From an uncultured Bacteroides sp. (lineage in GTDB: Bacteria; Bacteroidota; Bacteroidia; Bacteroidales; GCA-2748055), in contig CAZNSZ010000003.1 of the NCBI GenBank assembly GCA_964575865.1, forward strand, positions 27,266 to 91,265: a stretch of 64,000 nucleotides of DNA, in the 5' to 3' direction. The position numbers were made by a program, and so were the translations under genes. The notes below the pieces were generated by a model. It searched no databases. It saw only the letters and a list, made by a program, of their open reading frames with translations, and had not been told where the DNA came from. Positions 38,450 through 48,461 of this stretch are shown in pieces; the first letter of the stretch is position 1; every line of letters starts with the position of its first letter.

Positions 38450-40555
38450 GTGAAAAATACCTTGTCCCTCATGGCAACAGCGATGATCCTTTTATCCGGT
38501 TGCACGACGAAGAACGAAACTGACATGAACCCATTTTTAGCTCCCTACGAGACCCCGTTCGGGGTACCACCCTTTAATGAGATCCGGAACGAACATTTCA
38601 TCCCTGCCTTCAAGGAAGGGATCAGCCAGCAGAAAGCGGAGATCGATGCCATCGTGGCCAATCCCGAAGCCCCCTCGTTCGAAAACACCATTGCCGCATT
38701 TGACCTGAGCGGTGAGGTGCTCAGAAAGGTGGGAGGGGTTTTTTACCGGCTCAGGTCGGCAGAGACCAGTGATGAGATCGACTCCATCGCCGGGGTACTG
38801 GTACCGGTCACTTCGGCCCACCAGAGCGACATGCTGCTGAACCAGGCACTCTTCGAAAGGGTGAAAACGGTCTATGACAACCGGTCCGCCCTTCAATTGA
38901 ACCAGGAACAGCTGAGTGTGGTGGAGGAGATCTATAAAATGTTCGAGCGGGGCGGGGCCAACCTGGACGATGCGGGAAAGGCCAGGATCCGTGAGATTGA
39001 CGAGCGGCTCTCCATGCTCACACTGCAGTTCGGGAACAACCTGCTGGCCGAGACCAATGGTTACGAACTGGTCATCGAAGACGAGGCCGACCTGGCCGGG
39101 CTGCCCGCCTCCGTCCGGTCTGCTGCCGCTGAGGCCGCCGAAAGGGCAGGATATCCGGGCAAATGGCTTTTCACTTTGCAGAAGCCAAGCTGGATCCCGT
39201 TCCTCCAGTACGCCGAGAACCGCGAGCTGAGGGAGGAGCTCTACAGGGCCATGTTCATGCGGAGCAACCGGGGCAATGAATATGACAACAAAGCGATCAT
39301 CGGGGAGATCATGGATCTTCGCATTGAGCGGGCCAACCTGCTCGGATATGAAACACATGCCGACTTTATGCTGGCTGAACGCATGGCCAAAAAACCGGAA
39401 AATGTGTATGACCTGCTGATGCAGATCTGGGAGCCCGCGCTCCAAAAAGCAAAGGAGGAGGCTGAAATGATGCAGGCCATGATCGCAGGCGAAGGCGGGG
39501 GATTCAAGCTGGAGTCGTGGGACTGGTGGTACTACGCCGAAAAGATACGGAAATCCGCTTATGACCTCGACGAAGAGGAGCTCAGATCCTATTTCAGCCT
39601 CGAAACAGTTAAGACCGGCCTTTTCGACGTGGTCAATCAACTCTACGGGCTCACCTTCGAGATCAGGGAGGACCTGCCGGCCTACCATGAGGAGGTGGTG
39701 GCTTACGAGGTGAAGGAGCGTGACGGATCCCACCTGGGCATCCTCTATATGGACTTTCACCCCAGGCCCGGGAAACGCGGGGGCGCGTGGAGTACAAGCA
39801 TCCGGCAGGCACACACGGCAGACGGGGAGAGGATCACCCCGGTACACCTGATCGTCATGAACTTCACCAGGCCCACCGGCGGAAGACCGGCCCTTCTCAG
39901 TTTTGATGAGGTACTCACCTTTTTCCATGAGTTCGGGCACGCCCTGCATTCCATGCTGACCAGGTGCGACTACCTGACCACCTCAGGGAGCTCGGTAGCC
40001 AGGGATTTCGTTGAGTTACCCTCTCAGATCATGGAGAACTGGGCGGCTCATCCCGATGTCCTGAAAACCTATGCCGTTCACTTCGAAACCGGAGAGGCGA
40101 TCCCGGAAGAGCTGCTGAAGAAGATGGAAGCCGCCGGTAAATTCAACCAGGGCTTTACCACCGTTGAATATGTGGCTGCATCGATCCTGGATATGGATTA
40201 TCATACCCTCCGCGATGCGGGGAATCTGGATGTGAACCGCTTTGAGGAAACCAGCATGAACCGGATCGGGCTGATCGATGCCATTATTCCCAGGTATAAA
40301 TCCACCTATTTCCAGCACATCTTCTCAGGCGGATACTCTGCGGGGTATTACAGCTACATATGGGCAGAGGTGCTGGACAAGGATGCATTTAATGCATTCC
40401 TCGAAACCAGCCTGTTCGATCAGACGGTGGCCACCTCTTTCCGGGAAAATATCCTGGAGAAGGGCGGTTCCGACGACGAAATGACCATGTACATCCGTTT
40501 CAGGGGAACAGAACCGACCATTGAGCCCCTGCTCAAAGGAAGGGGATTGCTCTGA
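38450..40555 (+). CDS. dcp: M3-family peptidyl-dipeptidase (Dcp-like), lipoprotein signal
   Basis: Zinc site FHEFGHALH. Size of 701 aa fits the family. N-terminal signal ILLSGC. GTG start at 38450. Confidence 0.8.
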   Translation: MKNTLSLMATAMILLSGCTTKNETDMNPFLAPYETPFGVPPFNEIRNEHFIPAFKEGISQQKAEIDAIVANPEAPSFENTIAAFDLSGEVLRKVGGVFYRLRSAETSDEIDSIAGVLVPVTSAHQSDMLLNQALFERVKTVYDNRSALQLNQEQLSVVEEIYKMFERGGANLDDAGKARIREIDERLSMLTLQFGNNLLAETNGYELVIEDEADLAGLPASVRSAAAEAAERAGYPGKWLFTLQKPSWIPFLQYAENRELREELYRAMFMRSNRGNEYDNKAIIGEIMDLRIERANLLGYETHADFMLAERMAKKPENVYDLLMQIWEPALQKAKEEAEMMQAMIAGEGGGFKLESWDWWYYAEKIRKSAYDLDEEELRSYFSLETVKTGLFDVVNQLYGLTFEIREDLPAYHEEVVAYEVKERDGSHLGILYMDFHPRPGKRGGAWSTSIRQAHTADGERITPVHLIVMNFTRPTGGRPALLSFDEVLTFFHEFGHALHSMLTRCDYLTTSGSSVARDFVELPSQIMENWAAHPDVLKTYAVHFETGEAIPEELLKKMEAAGKFNQGFTTVEYVAASILDMDYHTLRDAGNLDVNRFEETSMNRIGLIDAIIPRYKSTYFQHIFSGGYSAGYYSYIWAEVLDKDAFNAFLETSLFDQTVATSFRENILEKGGSDDEMTMYIRFRGTEPTIEPLLKGRGLL

Positions 40556-40577
40556 TCAACACTTCAAGGGGAGGGGA

Positions 40578-42029
40578 TCAGACCCCCCTTCCCTTGAATA
40601 CGGTGATGGCGGTATAGAAAAGGATCTTGAAGTCGACGAAAAGCGACATGTTCTCGATATAAAGGATATCGTACCTCAGCCGCTTGATCATCTCCTCTAC
40701 ATTCTCCGCATAGCCGTATTTGACCTGGCCCCAGGAGGTAATCCCGGGTTTGACCTTGTGGAGGTGCACGTAGTGGGGTGCCTGCTGGGTGATCTTCCTG
40801 ATGAAATATTCCCTTTCGGGACGCGGTCCCACCAGCGACATTTCCCCCTTGAGGACATTGATGAAATTGGGGATCTCATCCAGGCGGTGCTTCCGCATGA
40901 ACTGCCCGAACCGGGTCACCCTGGGATCATGTTTGGAAGAGAGTTCAGGGCCATTTTCCTCTGCGTTGTGGTACATGGAGCGGAACTTGTAGATCCTGAA
41001 GTGCCTTCCGAACCGCCCCACCCTGTCCTGGCTGTAGAGCACCGGACCGGGTGAGGAAAGTTTGACTCCGATGATCAGAAAGATGTTCAGGGGCAGCAAT
41101 ACGACGAGGGATACCGCAGCCAGCACCAGATCAAGTATTTGCTTGACATTCTGCTGCCATGCGGGCATCAGCTCGTGGTTTACCTCCAGGAGCGGTGTCC
41201 CGAAAATGGTGGAGCTCTTTACCTTCCCGGTCAGGATGTCCGTCATGCTGGGAATGGCGCTCACACGGATATCCAGGAAGGAGAGCCTGTTGACGATATC
41301 CTCAATTTTGCCATGCTCGGAAGGTTCCAGGGCAATGATCACCTCCTCCACACCCTGCTCCCTCAGGATGGCCTCCATCTGCTCCTGTCCACCCAGGTGG
41401 GGCAGGTAGTCCTGCAGCTGGTAGTGCACTTTCTCATGGATGTTGATGAACCCGAGAATCTCATGACCGCTCGATTTTTTCTGATCCCTGATATCCAGGT
41501 AGACATCCACTGCATTTTCGTTGCTGCCGATCATCACGGTCCTGAACCCGATCCTGCGCTGGTGGACCTGCCGGACAGTCCTTCCGGTGAGGATCATCCT
41601 GGGCACCAGGGTCAGGAAAAAATGGAGGATGAAAAGGGTGAAAAAGAGCTGGTAATAGTTGGTGTAGTCAACGATGGTGTCATCCAGGATCAACAGGAAG
41701 AATATGGTGGTCACCCCCAGCAGGGCAGTGATGAAGGTCCGGGTGAAGTCATCCAGCCGCGAGCGCCGGAAGAGGTTGTTGTAAAATCCCGTGAAATAAT
41801 AGAACACGATCCATGCGAATGGAAGCCCGATGGCCCCTGCCCAGAAGCGTGAGCCCAGGGTAATGGGAATATCGATCCCGAATACCTGGGGTTCAATCTC
41901 TACTTTTCGGAAAATATAAAAGAGGATCCAGGCCGCGGATGCAGCAAGAAAATCGAACAATATGTAGAGAAATCGCTGGTACCTGTGGTTCTTCATCAAT
42001 GGGTCGACCTCTGTTTGATATAACTGCAA
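40578..42029 (-). CDS. polyprenyl-phosphate sugar phosphotransferase (WcaJ/WbaP-like initiating transferase)
   Basis: N-terminal TM bundle plus C-terminal bacterial sugar transferase domain (SLVGPRPEREYF, KPGITSWGQV). Confidence 0.8.
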   Translation of the reverse strand: MQLYQTEVDPLMKNHRYQRFLYILFDFLAASAAWILFYIFRKVEIEPQVFGIDIPITLGSRFWAGAIGLPFAWIVFYYFTGFYNNLFRRSRLDDFTRTFITALLGVTTIFFLLILDDTIVDYTNYYQLFFTLFILHFFLTLVPRMILTGRTVRQVHQRRIGFRTVMIGSNENAVDVYLDIRDQKKSSGHEILGFINIHEKVHYQLQDYLPHLGGQEQMEAILREQGVEEVIIALEPSEHGKIEDIVNRLSFLDIRVSAIPSMTDILTGKVKSSTIFGTPLLEVNHELMPAWQQNVKQILDLVLAAVSLVVLLPLNIFLIIGVKLSSPGPVLYSQDRVGRFGRHFRIYKFRSMYHNAEENGPELSSKHDPRVTRFGQFMRKHRLDEIPNFINVLKGEMSLVGPRPEREYFIRKITQQAPHYVHLHKVKPGITSWGQVKYGYAENVEEMIKRLRYDILYIENMSLFVDFKILFYTAITVFKGRGV

Positions 42030-42091
42030 TTGTATCCCTTTAATTGCATCCGGGGCTCAAAATTTGAGGAATTATGTTCAAGAATATGGTT

Positions 42092-42099
42092 TATATTTG
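42092..42099 (+). promoter_or_regulatory. candidate -7 promoter box (TATATTTG) for pcm
   Basis: Matches TAnnTTTG, 16 nt upstream of the in-frame GTG at 42115. Confidence 0.3.
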
Positions 42100-42114
42100 G
42101 ACTTTGAATCGCAA

Positions 42115-42759
42115 GTGGTGGACAGTTTCAGACATAAAGGACTGAGGAAGAAATTGATAGATTCCATCCGTTCCAAAGGCATCTCGGATGAATCGGTCCT
42201 GGAGGCCATGGACAGGGTACCCAGGCATCTTTTTATGGACAGCAGCTTCATCAATTTCTCATACACCGACAAGGCGTTCCCCATTGCAGCCGGTCAGACC
42301 ATCTCCCAACCCTATACCGTGGCCTTTCAGACGGAACTGCTGGAGGTCAGGCGGCACCAGAAAGTCCTGGAGGTGGGTACCGGCTCGGGGTATCAGACCG
42401 CCGTGCTGCTGGAGCTGGGGGCCCGGGTATACACCATTGAGCGTCAGCACCAGCTTTTTCTGGAGGCGCAGAAAACACTGGGGCCTTTGAATTACAAACC
42501 GATCTATTTCTACGGGGACGGCTACGAAGGACTGCCCGCATACGCGCCTTTCGAAAGGATCCTGATCACGGCCGCTGCCCCGGAAATCCCCCGGATACTG
42601 CTGGATCAGCTGAGCATCGGGGGGATCCTTGTGGTGCCCGAGGGGGACCGTTCGGGACAGCGGATGGTCAGGGTGATCCGGAAATCCGAATCGGATTTCG
42701 AAAGAAGCGAACACGGCTATTTCTCATTCGTCCCCCTGCTCCGGGGAAAAAACAAGTGA
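42115..42759 (+). CDS. pcm: protein-L-isoaspartate O-methyltransferase
   Basis: TISQPYTVA and VLEVGTGSGYQTAVL motifs. The ORF track starts at TTG 42064; I prefer GTG 42115 or 42118 (VDSFRHKGLRKKL), downstream of the -7 box. Confidence 0.8.
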   Translation: MVDSFRHKGLRKKLIDSIRSKGISDESVLEAMDRVPRHLFMDSSFINFSYTDKAFPIAAGQTISQPYTVAFQTELLEVRRHQKVLEVGTGSGYQTAVLLELGARVYTIERQHQLFLEAQKTLGPLNYKPIYFYGDGYEGLPAYAPFERILITAAAPEIPRILLDQLSIGGILVVPEGDRSGQRMVRVIRKSESDFERSEHGYFSFVPLLRGKNK

Positions 42760-42760
42760 C

Positions 42761-43408
42761 ATGCTCCATATAGACACCCTTGTTTACAATGCGTTTCAGG
42801 TCAATACCTACCTTGTCCGTGATGGGGAGGGCCATTGCCTTGTGATCGATCCGGCCTTCCAGCCGGGTGAAGAGACCGAATCATTCGACCGGCTGATCGC
42901 AGAGAGCAACCTGACCCTGACCGGCCAGGTCAATACACACTGCCATGTGGATCACCTGCTCGGGGTACTGCACATTGAAAACAGGTTTGGATTCGGGCTG
43001 AGGGCTCATGATGCCGAAAACCGCAACCTGAGGCAGGCCCCGCTCATGGGGGAGGTATTCGGACTGAAACTGGAATCCCCGAACAGGATCAGCCGGGTGA
43101 TCAGCCACCAGGACCGGATCTCCCTGGGCGGGCATACCCTCACGGCCCTTCATGTGCCCGGCCATTCCCCGGGAAGCATGGCCTTTTATTCTCCCGACGG
43201 GGGATTCGTGGTCACTGGCGACGCCCTTTTCCAGGGAAGCATCGGAAGGACAGACCTGCCGGGCGGGAATTACGATCAGCTCATTGCATCGATCCGTGAA
43301 CAATTGCTCACCCTGCCGCCGGATACGGTGGTATATCCGGGCCACGGTCCTGCATCCACCATCGGGGAGGAACTGGCGGAAAATCCCTTTCTGAAGATCA
43401 CTGAATAA
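42761..43408 (+). CDS. MBL-fold metallo-hydrolase (glyoxalase II-like)
   Basis: THCHVDH metal motif and downstream HVPGHSPG. Confidence 0.75.
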   Translation: MLHIDTLVYNAFQVNTYLVRDGEGHCLVIDPAFQPGEETESFDRLIAESNLTLTGQVNTHCHVDHLLGVLHIENRFGFGLRAHDAENRNLRQAPLMGEVFGLKLESPNRISRVISHQDRISLGGHTLTALHVPGHSPGSMAFYSPDGGFVVTGDALFQGSIGRTDLPGGNYDQLIASIREQLLTLPPDTVVYPGHGPASTIGEELAENPFLKITE

Positions 43409-43478
43409 CATCTTTTGGGCACCCGTTTTTCACGGGCCGATTCCTTATCTTTGGGCTTCCATTGAAACATGTTTTCGT

Positions 43479-46352
43479 ATGAAGTCCGAACCGTTTAGCA
43501 GCCGACACCTGGGACCCCGTGATGAGGAGGTCAGGGAGATGCTGAAAGTGATTGGAGTACCTTCCGTAGAGAAGCTCGTGGAGCGAACCATTCCCGCATC
43601 CATATACCAGGATACCCCCCTCCGGCTTCCGGAAGGAGTGGAGGAACATGCCTACCTTGAACAGCTGAGGGAAACAGCATCGAAGAACAGCCTTTTTAAA
43701 ACATACATCGGTCTCGGATACTACAACACCCACCTGCCTCCGGTCATCCAGCGCAATATCCTGGAGAATCCCAACTGGTATACCTCGTACACCCCTTACC
43801 AGGCTGAGATCTCACAGGGAAGACTGGAAGCACTGCTGAACTTTCAGACCATGGTGATGGAACTCACCGGGATGGAAATTGCCAATGCATCCCTTCTCGA
43901 TGAAGCCACCGCTGCCGCAGAGGCAATGATCATGCTCTTCAATGCGCGGTCGAGGTCTGCCATCAATGAGGGCCGTGTCCGATTCCTGGTGGACGAGAAC
44001 ATTTTTCCGCAGACGAAAAGCGTCCTGGAAACCAGGGCAGCACCGCTTGGGATTGATCTGGTACAGGTCTCCGCCGGGGAAGAAGCCCTGGATCCGCTGA
44101 TGTTCGGGTGTCTGCTCCAGTATCCCGGCGGGGATGGTCAGCTGAAGGACCACGGGCCGTTTACGGCAAAGGCCCGGGAGATGGGCGTTTCCGTGGCCGT
44201 GGCTGCGGACCTGATGAGCCTGGTGCTGGTCACTCCCCCCGGCGAATGGGGTGCCGATGTGGTGGTGGGAAGTTCTCAGCGTTTCGGGATCCCCATGTTC
44301 TACGGCGGACCCCATGCAGCATTCTTTGCCACCCGTGAAACGTACAAACGGTTCATTCCGGGAAGGATCATCGGGGTCTCCATCGATATGTACGAGAAGC
44401 CGGCCCTCCGGATGGCCCTGCAAACCAGGGAACAGCATATCAAGAGGGAGAGGGCCACCTCCAACATCTGTACGGCCCAGGCACTGCTGGCAAGCATGGC
44501 AGGGATGTACGGGGTATACCATGGTCCCGGGGGACTGAAACGGATCGCCACCAACATCCATTCAGGGACCTGCTACCTGGCCTCCCAGTTGAAAGAACTG
44601 GGCTACCGGATCGTACACGAAAGCTTCTTTGATACTCTGCGCATAGCTCTTCCGGAAGGCCTCGATTCGGAGGCCCTGAGGTCCATTGCAGAGGAGAAGG
44701 AGATCAATCTCTATTACCCGGATGAGGGCCATGTGCAGCTGTCCACGGACGAATCGGCCACTGTGGAAAGACTCAATGCAATCCTTGAGGTCTTCTCCAT
44801 AGCGGTACAGAAAGGGATCCACTTCCGGGAGCAGGTGGACCCTGTTACAGGATTCGATCCCTCACTGGCAAGGAAAACCTCCTTCATGAACCAGAAGGTT
44901 TTCCACCAGTACAGGTCCGAAACTGAACTGATGCGCTACATCCGTAAACTGGAGAAAAGGGATATTTCGCTGACGCAATCGATGATATCCCTCGGTTCAT
45001 GTACCATGAAACTGAATGCGGCGGCACAGCTCTTTCCGGTCTCCTGGCCGGAATTCGCCTCCGTTCATCCCTTCGTACCCATCACCCAGACGGAGGGCTA
45101 CCACCAGCTTATTCATGAGCTGGAGCATGCACTGAAAGAGATCACCGGCTTTGATACCATCTCGTTCCAGCCCAACTCAGGTGCTTCGGGCGAGTATACC
45201 GGCCTGATGGTGATCCAGGCCTACCATGCGGACCACGGAGACCTGCAGCGGAAAGTGGTCCTGATCCCGGCGTCGGCCCATGGCACCAATCCGGCCAGTG
45301 CGGTAATGGCCGGCCTGGATGTGAAGGTGGTCCGGTGCGACGAACGGGGAAACATCGATACGGATCACCTCAGACAGCTGGCCGGCGAAGCGGGAGATAC
45401 GCTCTCCTCGATCATGATCACCTACCCCTCCACCCATGGTGTGTTTGAAGAGAATATCCGGGAGATCATTGATGTGGTGCATGCCCACGGCGGACAGGTC
45501 TACATGGACGGGGCCAACATGAATGCACAGGTGGGGCTCACCAGTCCGGCCCATATTGGGGCGGATGTCTGTCACCTGAACCTCCATAAAACCTTTGCCA
45601 TACCCCATGGAGGCGGAGGACCCGGCGTGGGGCCCATCGGGGTGGCCAATCACCTGGTGGAATACCTCCCCACCCATCCGCTGGTGGAAACCGGAGGGAT
45701 CAGGGGCATCGGCAGCGTCTCAGCCGCCCCCTACGGCAGCGCGGGTATCCTGGCGATTTCACATGCCTATATCCGGCTTCTGGGCGGAAAGGGACTGACC
45801 GAAGCGACCCGCATGGCGATCCTGAATGCCAACTACGTGGCCGCCTCCCTGAAGGATCACTACGACATCCTTTACACCGGAAAGAACGGGACCGTGGCAC
45901 ATGAAATGATCCTCGATTGCAGGAAATTCAAAACCCTGGCAGATATCACTGAAGCCGATATCGCCAAACGCCTGATGGATTATGGCTTCCATGCCCCCAC
46001 CCTCTCGTTCCCGGTACATGGGACGCTGATGATGGAACCCACCGAGAGCGAATCGAAAGCGGAGCTGGACCGGTTCATCGAGGCCATGATCGATATCCAC
46101 CGGGATATCATGGAGATCGCAGAAGGGAAAGTGAAGGCAGGTGAAAGTGTGCTGCGTTACGCCCCCCATACGGCCGGGGTGCTGATGGGGGATGAATGGG
46201 ACAGGCCCTATTCCAGGAAAAAGGCTGCCTTCCCGCTCCCCTGGGTGGAAGAGAACAAATTCTGGCCCTACGTGAGCCGCATCAATGACGGGTACGGTGA
46301 CCGCAACCTGGTCTGTTCCTGTGAACCGATCGAAGCATACGGAGAACACTGA
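43479..46352 (+). CDS. gcvP: glycine dehydrogenase (decarboxylating), single-chain P protein
   Basis: 957 aa. Segments NWYTSYTPYQAEISQGRLEALLNFQ and LHKTFAIPHGGGGPG (PLP lysine region). Confidence 0.95.
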   Translation: MKSEPFSSRHLGPRDEEVREMLKVIGVPSVEKLVERTIPASIYQDTPLRLPEGVEEHAYLEQLRETASKNSLFKTYIGLGYYNTHLPPVIQRNILENPNWYTSYTPYQAEISQGRLEALLNFQTMVMELTGMEIANASLLDEATAAAEAMIMLFNARSRSAINEGRVRFLVDENIFPQTKSVLETRAAPLGIDLVQVSAGEEALDPLMFGCLLQYPGGDGQLKDHGPFTAKAREMGVSVAVAADLMSLVLVTPPGEWGADVVVGSSQRFGIPMFYGGPHAAFFATRETYKRFIPGRIIGVSIDMYEKPALRMALQTREQHIKRERATSNICTAQALLASMAGMYGVYHGPGGLKRIATNIHSGTCYLASQLKELGYRIVHESFFDTLRIALPEGLDSEALRSIAEEKEINLYYPDEGHVQLSTDESATVERLNAILEVFSIAVQKGIHFREQVDPVTGFDPSLARKTSFMNQKVFHQYRSETELMRYIRKLEKRDISLTQSMISLGSCTMKLNAAAQLFPVSWPEFASVHPFVPITQTEGYHQLIHELEHALKEITGFDTISFQPNSGASGEYTGLMVIQAYHADHGDLQRKVVLIPASAHGTNPASAVMAGLDVKVVRCDERGNIDTDHLRQLAGEAGDTLSSIMITYPSTHGVFEENIREIIDVVHAHGGQVYMDGANMNAQVGLTSPAHIGADVCHLNLHKTFAIPHGGGGPGVGPIGVANHLVEYLPTHPLVETGGIRGIGSVSAAPYGSAGILAISHAYIRLLGGKGLTEATRMAILNANYVAASLKDHYDILYTGKNGTVAHEMILDCRKFKTLADITEADIAKRLMDYGFHAPTLSFPVHGTLMMEPTESESKAELDRFIEAMIDIHRDIMEIAEGKVKAGESVLRYAPHTAGVLMGDEWDRPYSRKKAAFPLPWVEENKFWPYVSRINDGYGDRNLVCSCEPIEAYGEH

Positions 46353-46435
46353 TCCGTGCGGATTCACCGGCCCGTAGAGTTGTTAATAAGTCCCCTGTTA
46401 TTGGGAATTTGAAGCCCCGTTCGTACCTTGCGGTC

Positions 46436-47398
46436 ATGATGCACCAGGGATACAGGGTATTCTTCTTTTTTATCGCGGCGCTCCTTTTTGTTACACCTGC
46501 GCAAGTCCTCCCTCAGGGACCTGAAACCGGTGACCCGGGAACCGTCTCTGACTCCATCCTGGAACAACAGCGGGATTCGATGCTTTTCAACCTGAACCTG
46601 AGGTATCTGAACGGCGTCAACGAGCACCGTTCCCCGTTCGAACTGATCCCCATCATCGAAGAGATCCTTGAACTCGATCCCGGCTTGTACCACCAGTGGT
46701 TCAACCTGGGTATGGAGTACATCAAGATCAAAGAGTATTACCTGGCCGCCGATGCGCTGAACAAGGGTCTGGAACGCTATCCGGCGGAACAGATGGCTAC
46801 CCTGGAACAGATCTACATCAGCCTCAGTTTCTGCTATCACAAGACAGAGAGGCATCAGAAGGAGCATGAGATCCTCGATATGCTTTCGGAATACCACCCC
46901 CACGGGCCCGCCATCCTCGGCCGTTACCTGATCTGTGCCCATTACCGCATGCGGTTCACCGAGGAGGAGGCATACAGGGACCAGCTGGTTTCGGTTCTCC
47001 GGGATAAACGGGTGAATGAATCGGATATCGCTTATTACCTGGGCAGGCTCTACCTGAATGAGGATTATCTGGAAGCAGAAAAATACTTCTCCATTGCCTA
47101 TCATTATGATCCGGAGAATGTGGAAAAGATGGGGTCATTGGCCTGGGTACTGATCATGAACGCGCTGCGGATCGATGAAGGCATGGCCCTTATGAAAAAA
47201 GCGATCGAAGCGGATCCGGACAATGCCATCTACATCCACCAGATGGGATACGGGTATTACATCAAGGGAAAATATGAGGTTGCCCTGGAAAACCTTTACG
47301 CCGCGAGGGACCTTTACCAGGAATACAGTTTCGAACTGGACAACCACATCCGCCTGGTGGAAGAAGCCATTGCGCTCCTGGAAGACCAGTCCATCTGA
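46436..47398 (+). CDS. TPR-repeat protein (secreted)
   Basis: Signal-like N-terminus and several TPR-like 34-aa repeats (WFNLGMEYIKIKEYYLAADALNKGLE, etc.). Confidence 0.55.
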   Translation: MMHQGYRVFFFFIAALLFVTPAQVLPQGPETGDPGTVSDSILEQQRDSMLFNLNLRYLNGVNEHRSPFELIPIIEEILELDPGLYHQWFNLGMEYIKIKEYYLAADALNKGLERYPAEQMATLEQIYISLSFCYHKTERHQKEHEILDMLSEYHPHGPAILGRYLICAHYRMRFTEEEAYRDQLVSVLRDKRVNESDIAYYLGRLYLNEDYLEAEKYFSIAYHYDPENVEKMGSLAWVLIMNALRIDEGMALMKKAIEADPDNAIYIHQMGYGYYIKGKYEVALENLYAARDLYQEYSFELDNHIRLVEEAIALLEDQSI

Positions 47399-47414
47399 TC
47401 CCCCGAAAGCCCCT

Positions 47415-47828
47415 TCAGACAAGTGCCCTGATCACCCCCTTCAGATCACTTTCCCGGCTGAAGATCTGGTAAACCGTACATTCCCTGCAATTCTCGTTGC
47501 GGCATACCCTCCCTTTCTCAGAAGCTTCCCAGCAGGGAAAGGAGGAAGCCATATAGGCATTGCAGCCTGCCCGGTCCTCCACACTGCACGGACGAAGGGC
47601 CCAGCAGGGCACAATGGCCATCAGCGCCCTGATCCCGGCAAAATTCAGCCCCTTTTCATGGATCATGGTATGGATCTGCTTTAACCGCGCAATATCCTGG
47701 TCTGAAAAGAGGTGGCGTTTCGACTCGCGTTTGAAGGGGATCAGAAGGCCCCTGTCGATATACTGCCGGATGGAATGCGCCGGGATCCCCGATAACTGTG
47801 CGGTAACACCGAGGGTATAGACCGGCAT
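47415..47828 (-). CDS. MerR-family regulator with Cys-rich C-terminal domain
   Basis: MPVYTLGVTAQLSGIPAHSIRQYIDRGLL is a MerR HTH. The C-terminal 50 aa contain 7 Cys (CWALRPC...C...C...C..C..C). The ORF track start at 47876 would add 16 aa. Confidence 0.7.
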   Translation of the reverse strand: MPVYTLGVTAQLSGIPAHSIRQYIDRGLLIPFKRESKRHLFSDQDIARLKQIHTMIHEKGLNFAGIRALMAIVPCWALRPCSVEDRAGCNAYMASSFPCWEASEKGRVCRNENCRECTVYQIFSRESDLKGVIRALV

Positions 47829-47880
47829 CTGTTTTTCCCTGGCCGATTCCTGAGGATGCTGGATTTCTGTAATCATGATT

Positions 47881-47905
47881 CTTATTTAATAACAGTCTAA
47901 ATAAG
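47881..47905. promoter_or_regulatory. perfect 8-bp inverted repeat CTTATTTA-N9-TAAATAAG (candidate operator)
   Basis: Read directly from the sequence. It lies in the AT-rich divergent intergenic region between the MerR gene and the cytochrome operon. Confidence 0.35.
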
Positions 47906-48005
47906 CTGTGAATTAGGCAATTAATATAATGAAACGAATTGATAACCCAATATTATTCTGTATTATTATTCACATCTTATATGTATTATTCAATACAGTT
48001 TATAT

Positions 48006-48461
48006 ATGCCACCACAACTAAAACGCCTGATTCCCATCTTCATTGTATTCGTCGGTCTGTTCCTGCTGGTGCGCCATTTTCTGATACCTGAATCATTCGG
48101 CCAGTATGGCCACTACCGTGGAGATGCCCTCAATGAAATAGCGGCCCAGGAAAAAAGGGTCGCCAGCAAAGCGATGTGTGTGGAGTGTCACTGGGACGTG
48201 CAGGAAGTGATCGAAAATGACGTACACGCGGCGCTTTCCTGCATCATCTGTCATGGTGAGGGGCTGGCCCACACAGAAGAACCCTCGGCCGATAATATTG
48301 AGAAGCTCACCGAACGGGCACTCTGCCTGAAATGCCATCAGCTGAATCCCGCACGTCCGGCCGAGGTGGTCTTCCAGGTCGACCCGGTCACCCACAATCC
48401 TGAATTCGAGAATTGTTCCGATTGTCATCACCCGCATCAAGTATGGGAGGGACTCCAATGA
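48006..48461 (+). CDS. membrane-anchored tetraheme cytochrome c
   Basis: N-terminal TM helix and four CxxCH motifs (CVECH, CIICH, CLKCH, CSDCH). Confidence 0.8.
   Translation: MPPQLKRLIPIFIVFVGLFLLVRHFLIPESFGQYGHYRGDALNEIAAQEKRVASKAMCVECHWDVQEVIENDVHAALSCIICHGEGLAHTEEPSADNIEKLTERALCLKCHQLNPARPAEVVFQVDPVTHNPEFENCSDCHHPHQVWEGLQ

Noticed and set aside
40553-40600. Complementary G/C-rich segment (CAAGGGGAGGGG...CCCCTTCCCTTG) between convergent dcp and the sugar transferase, considered as a possible bidirectional terminator.
   Set aside because: The stem is imperfect, lacks flanking T/A runs and overlaps the 3' coding end of the minus-strand gene. The support is not convincing.
43409-43478. Possible glycine riboswitch upstream of gcvP.
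   Set aside because: Only ~70 nt are available, and I see none of the conserved glycine-aptamer core elements. The region has just a small CCCGT/ACGGG hairpin.
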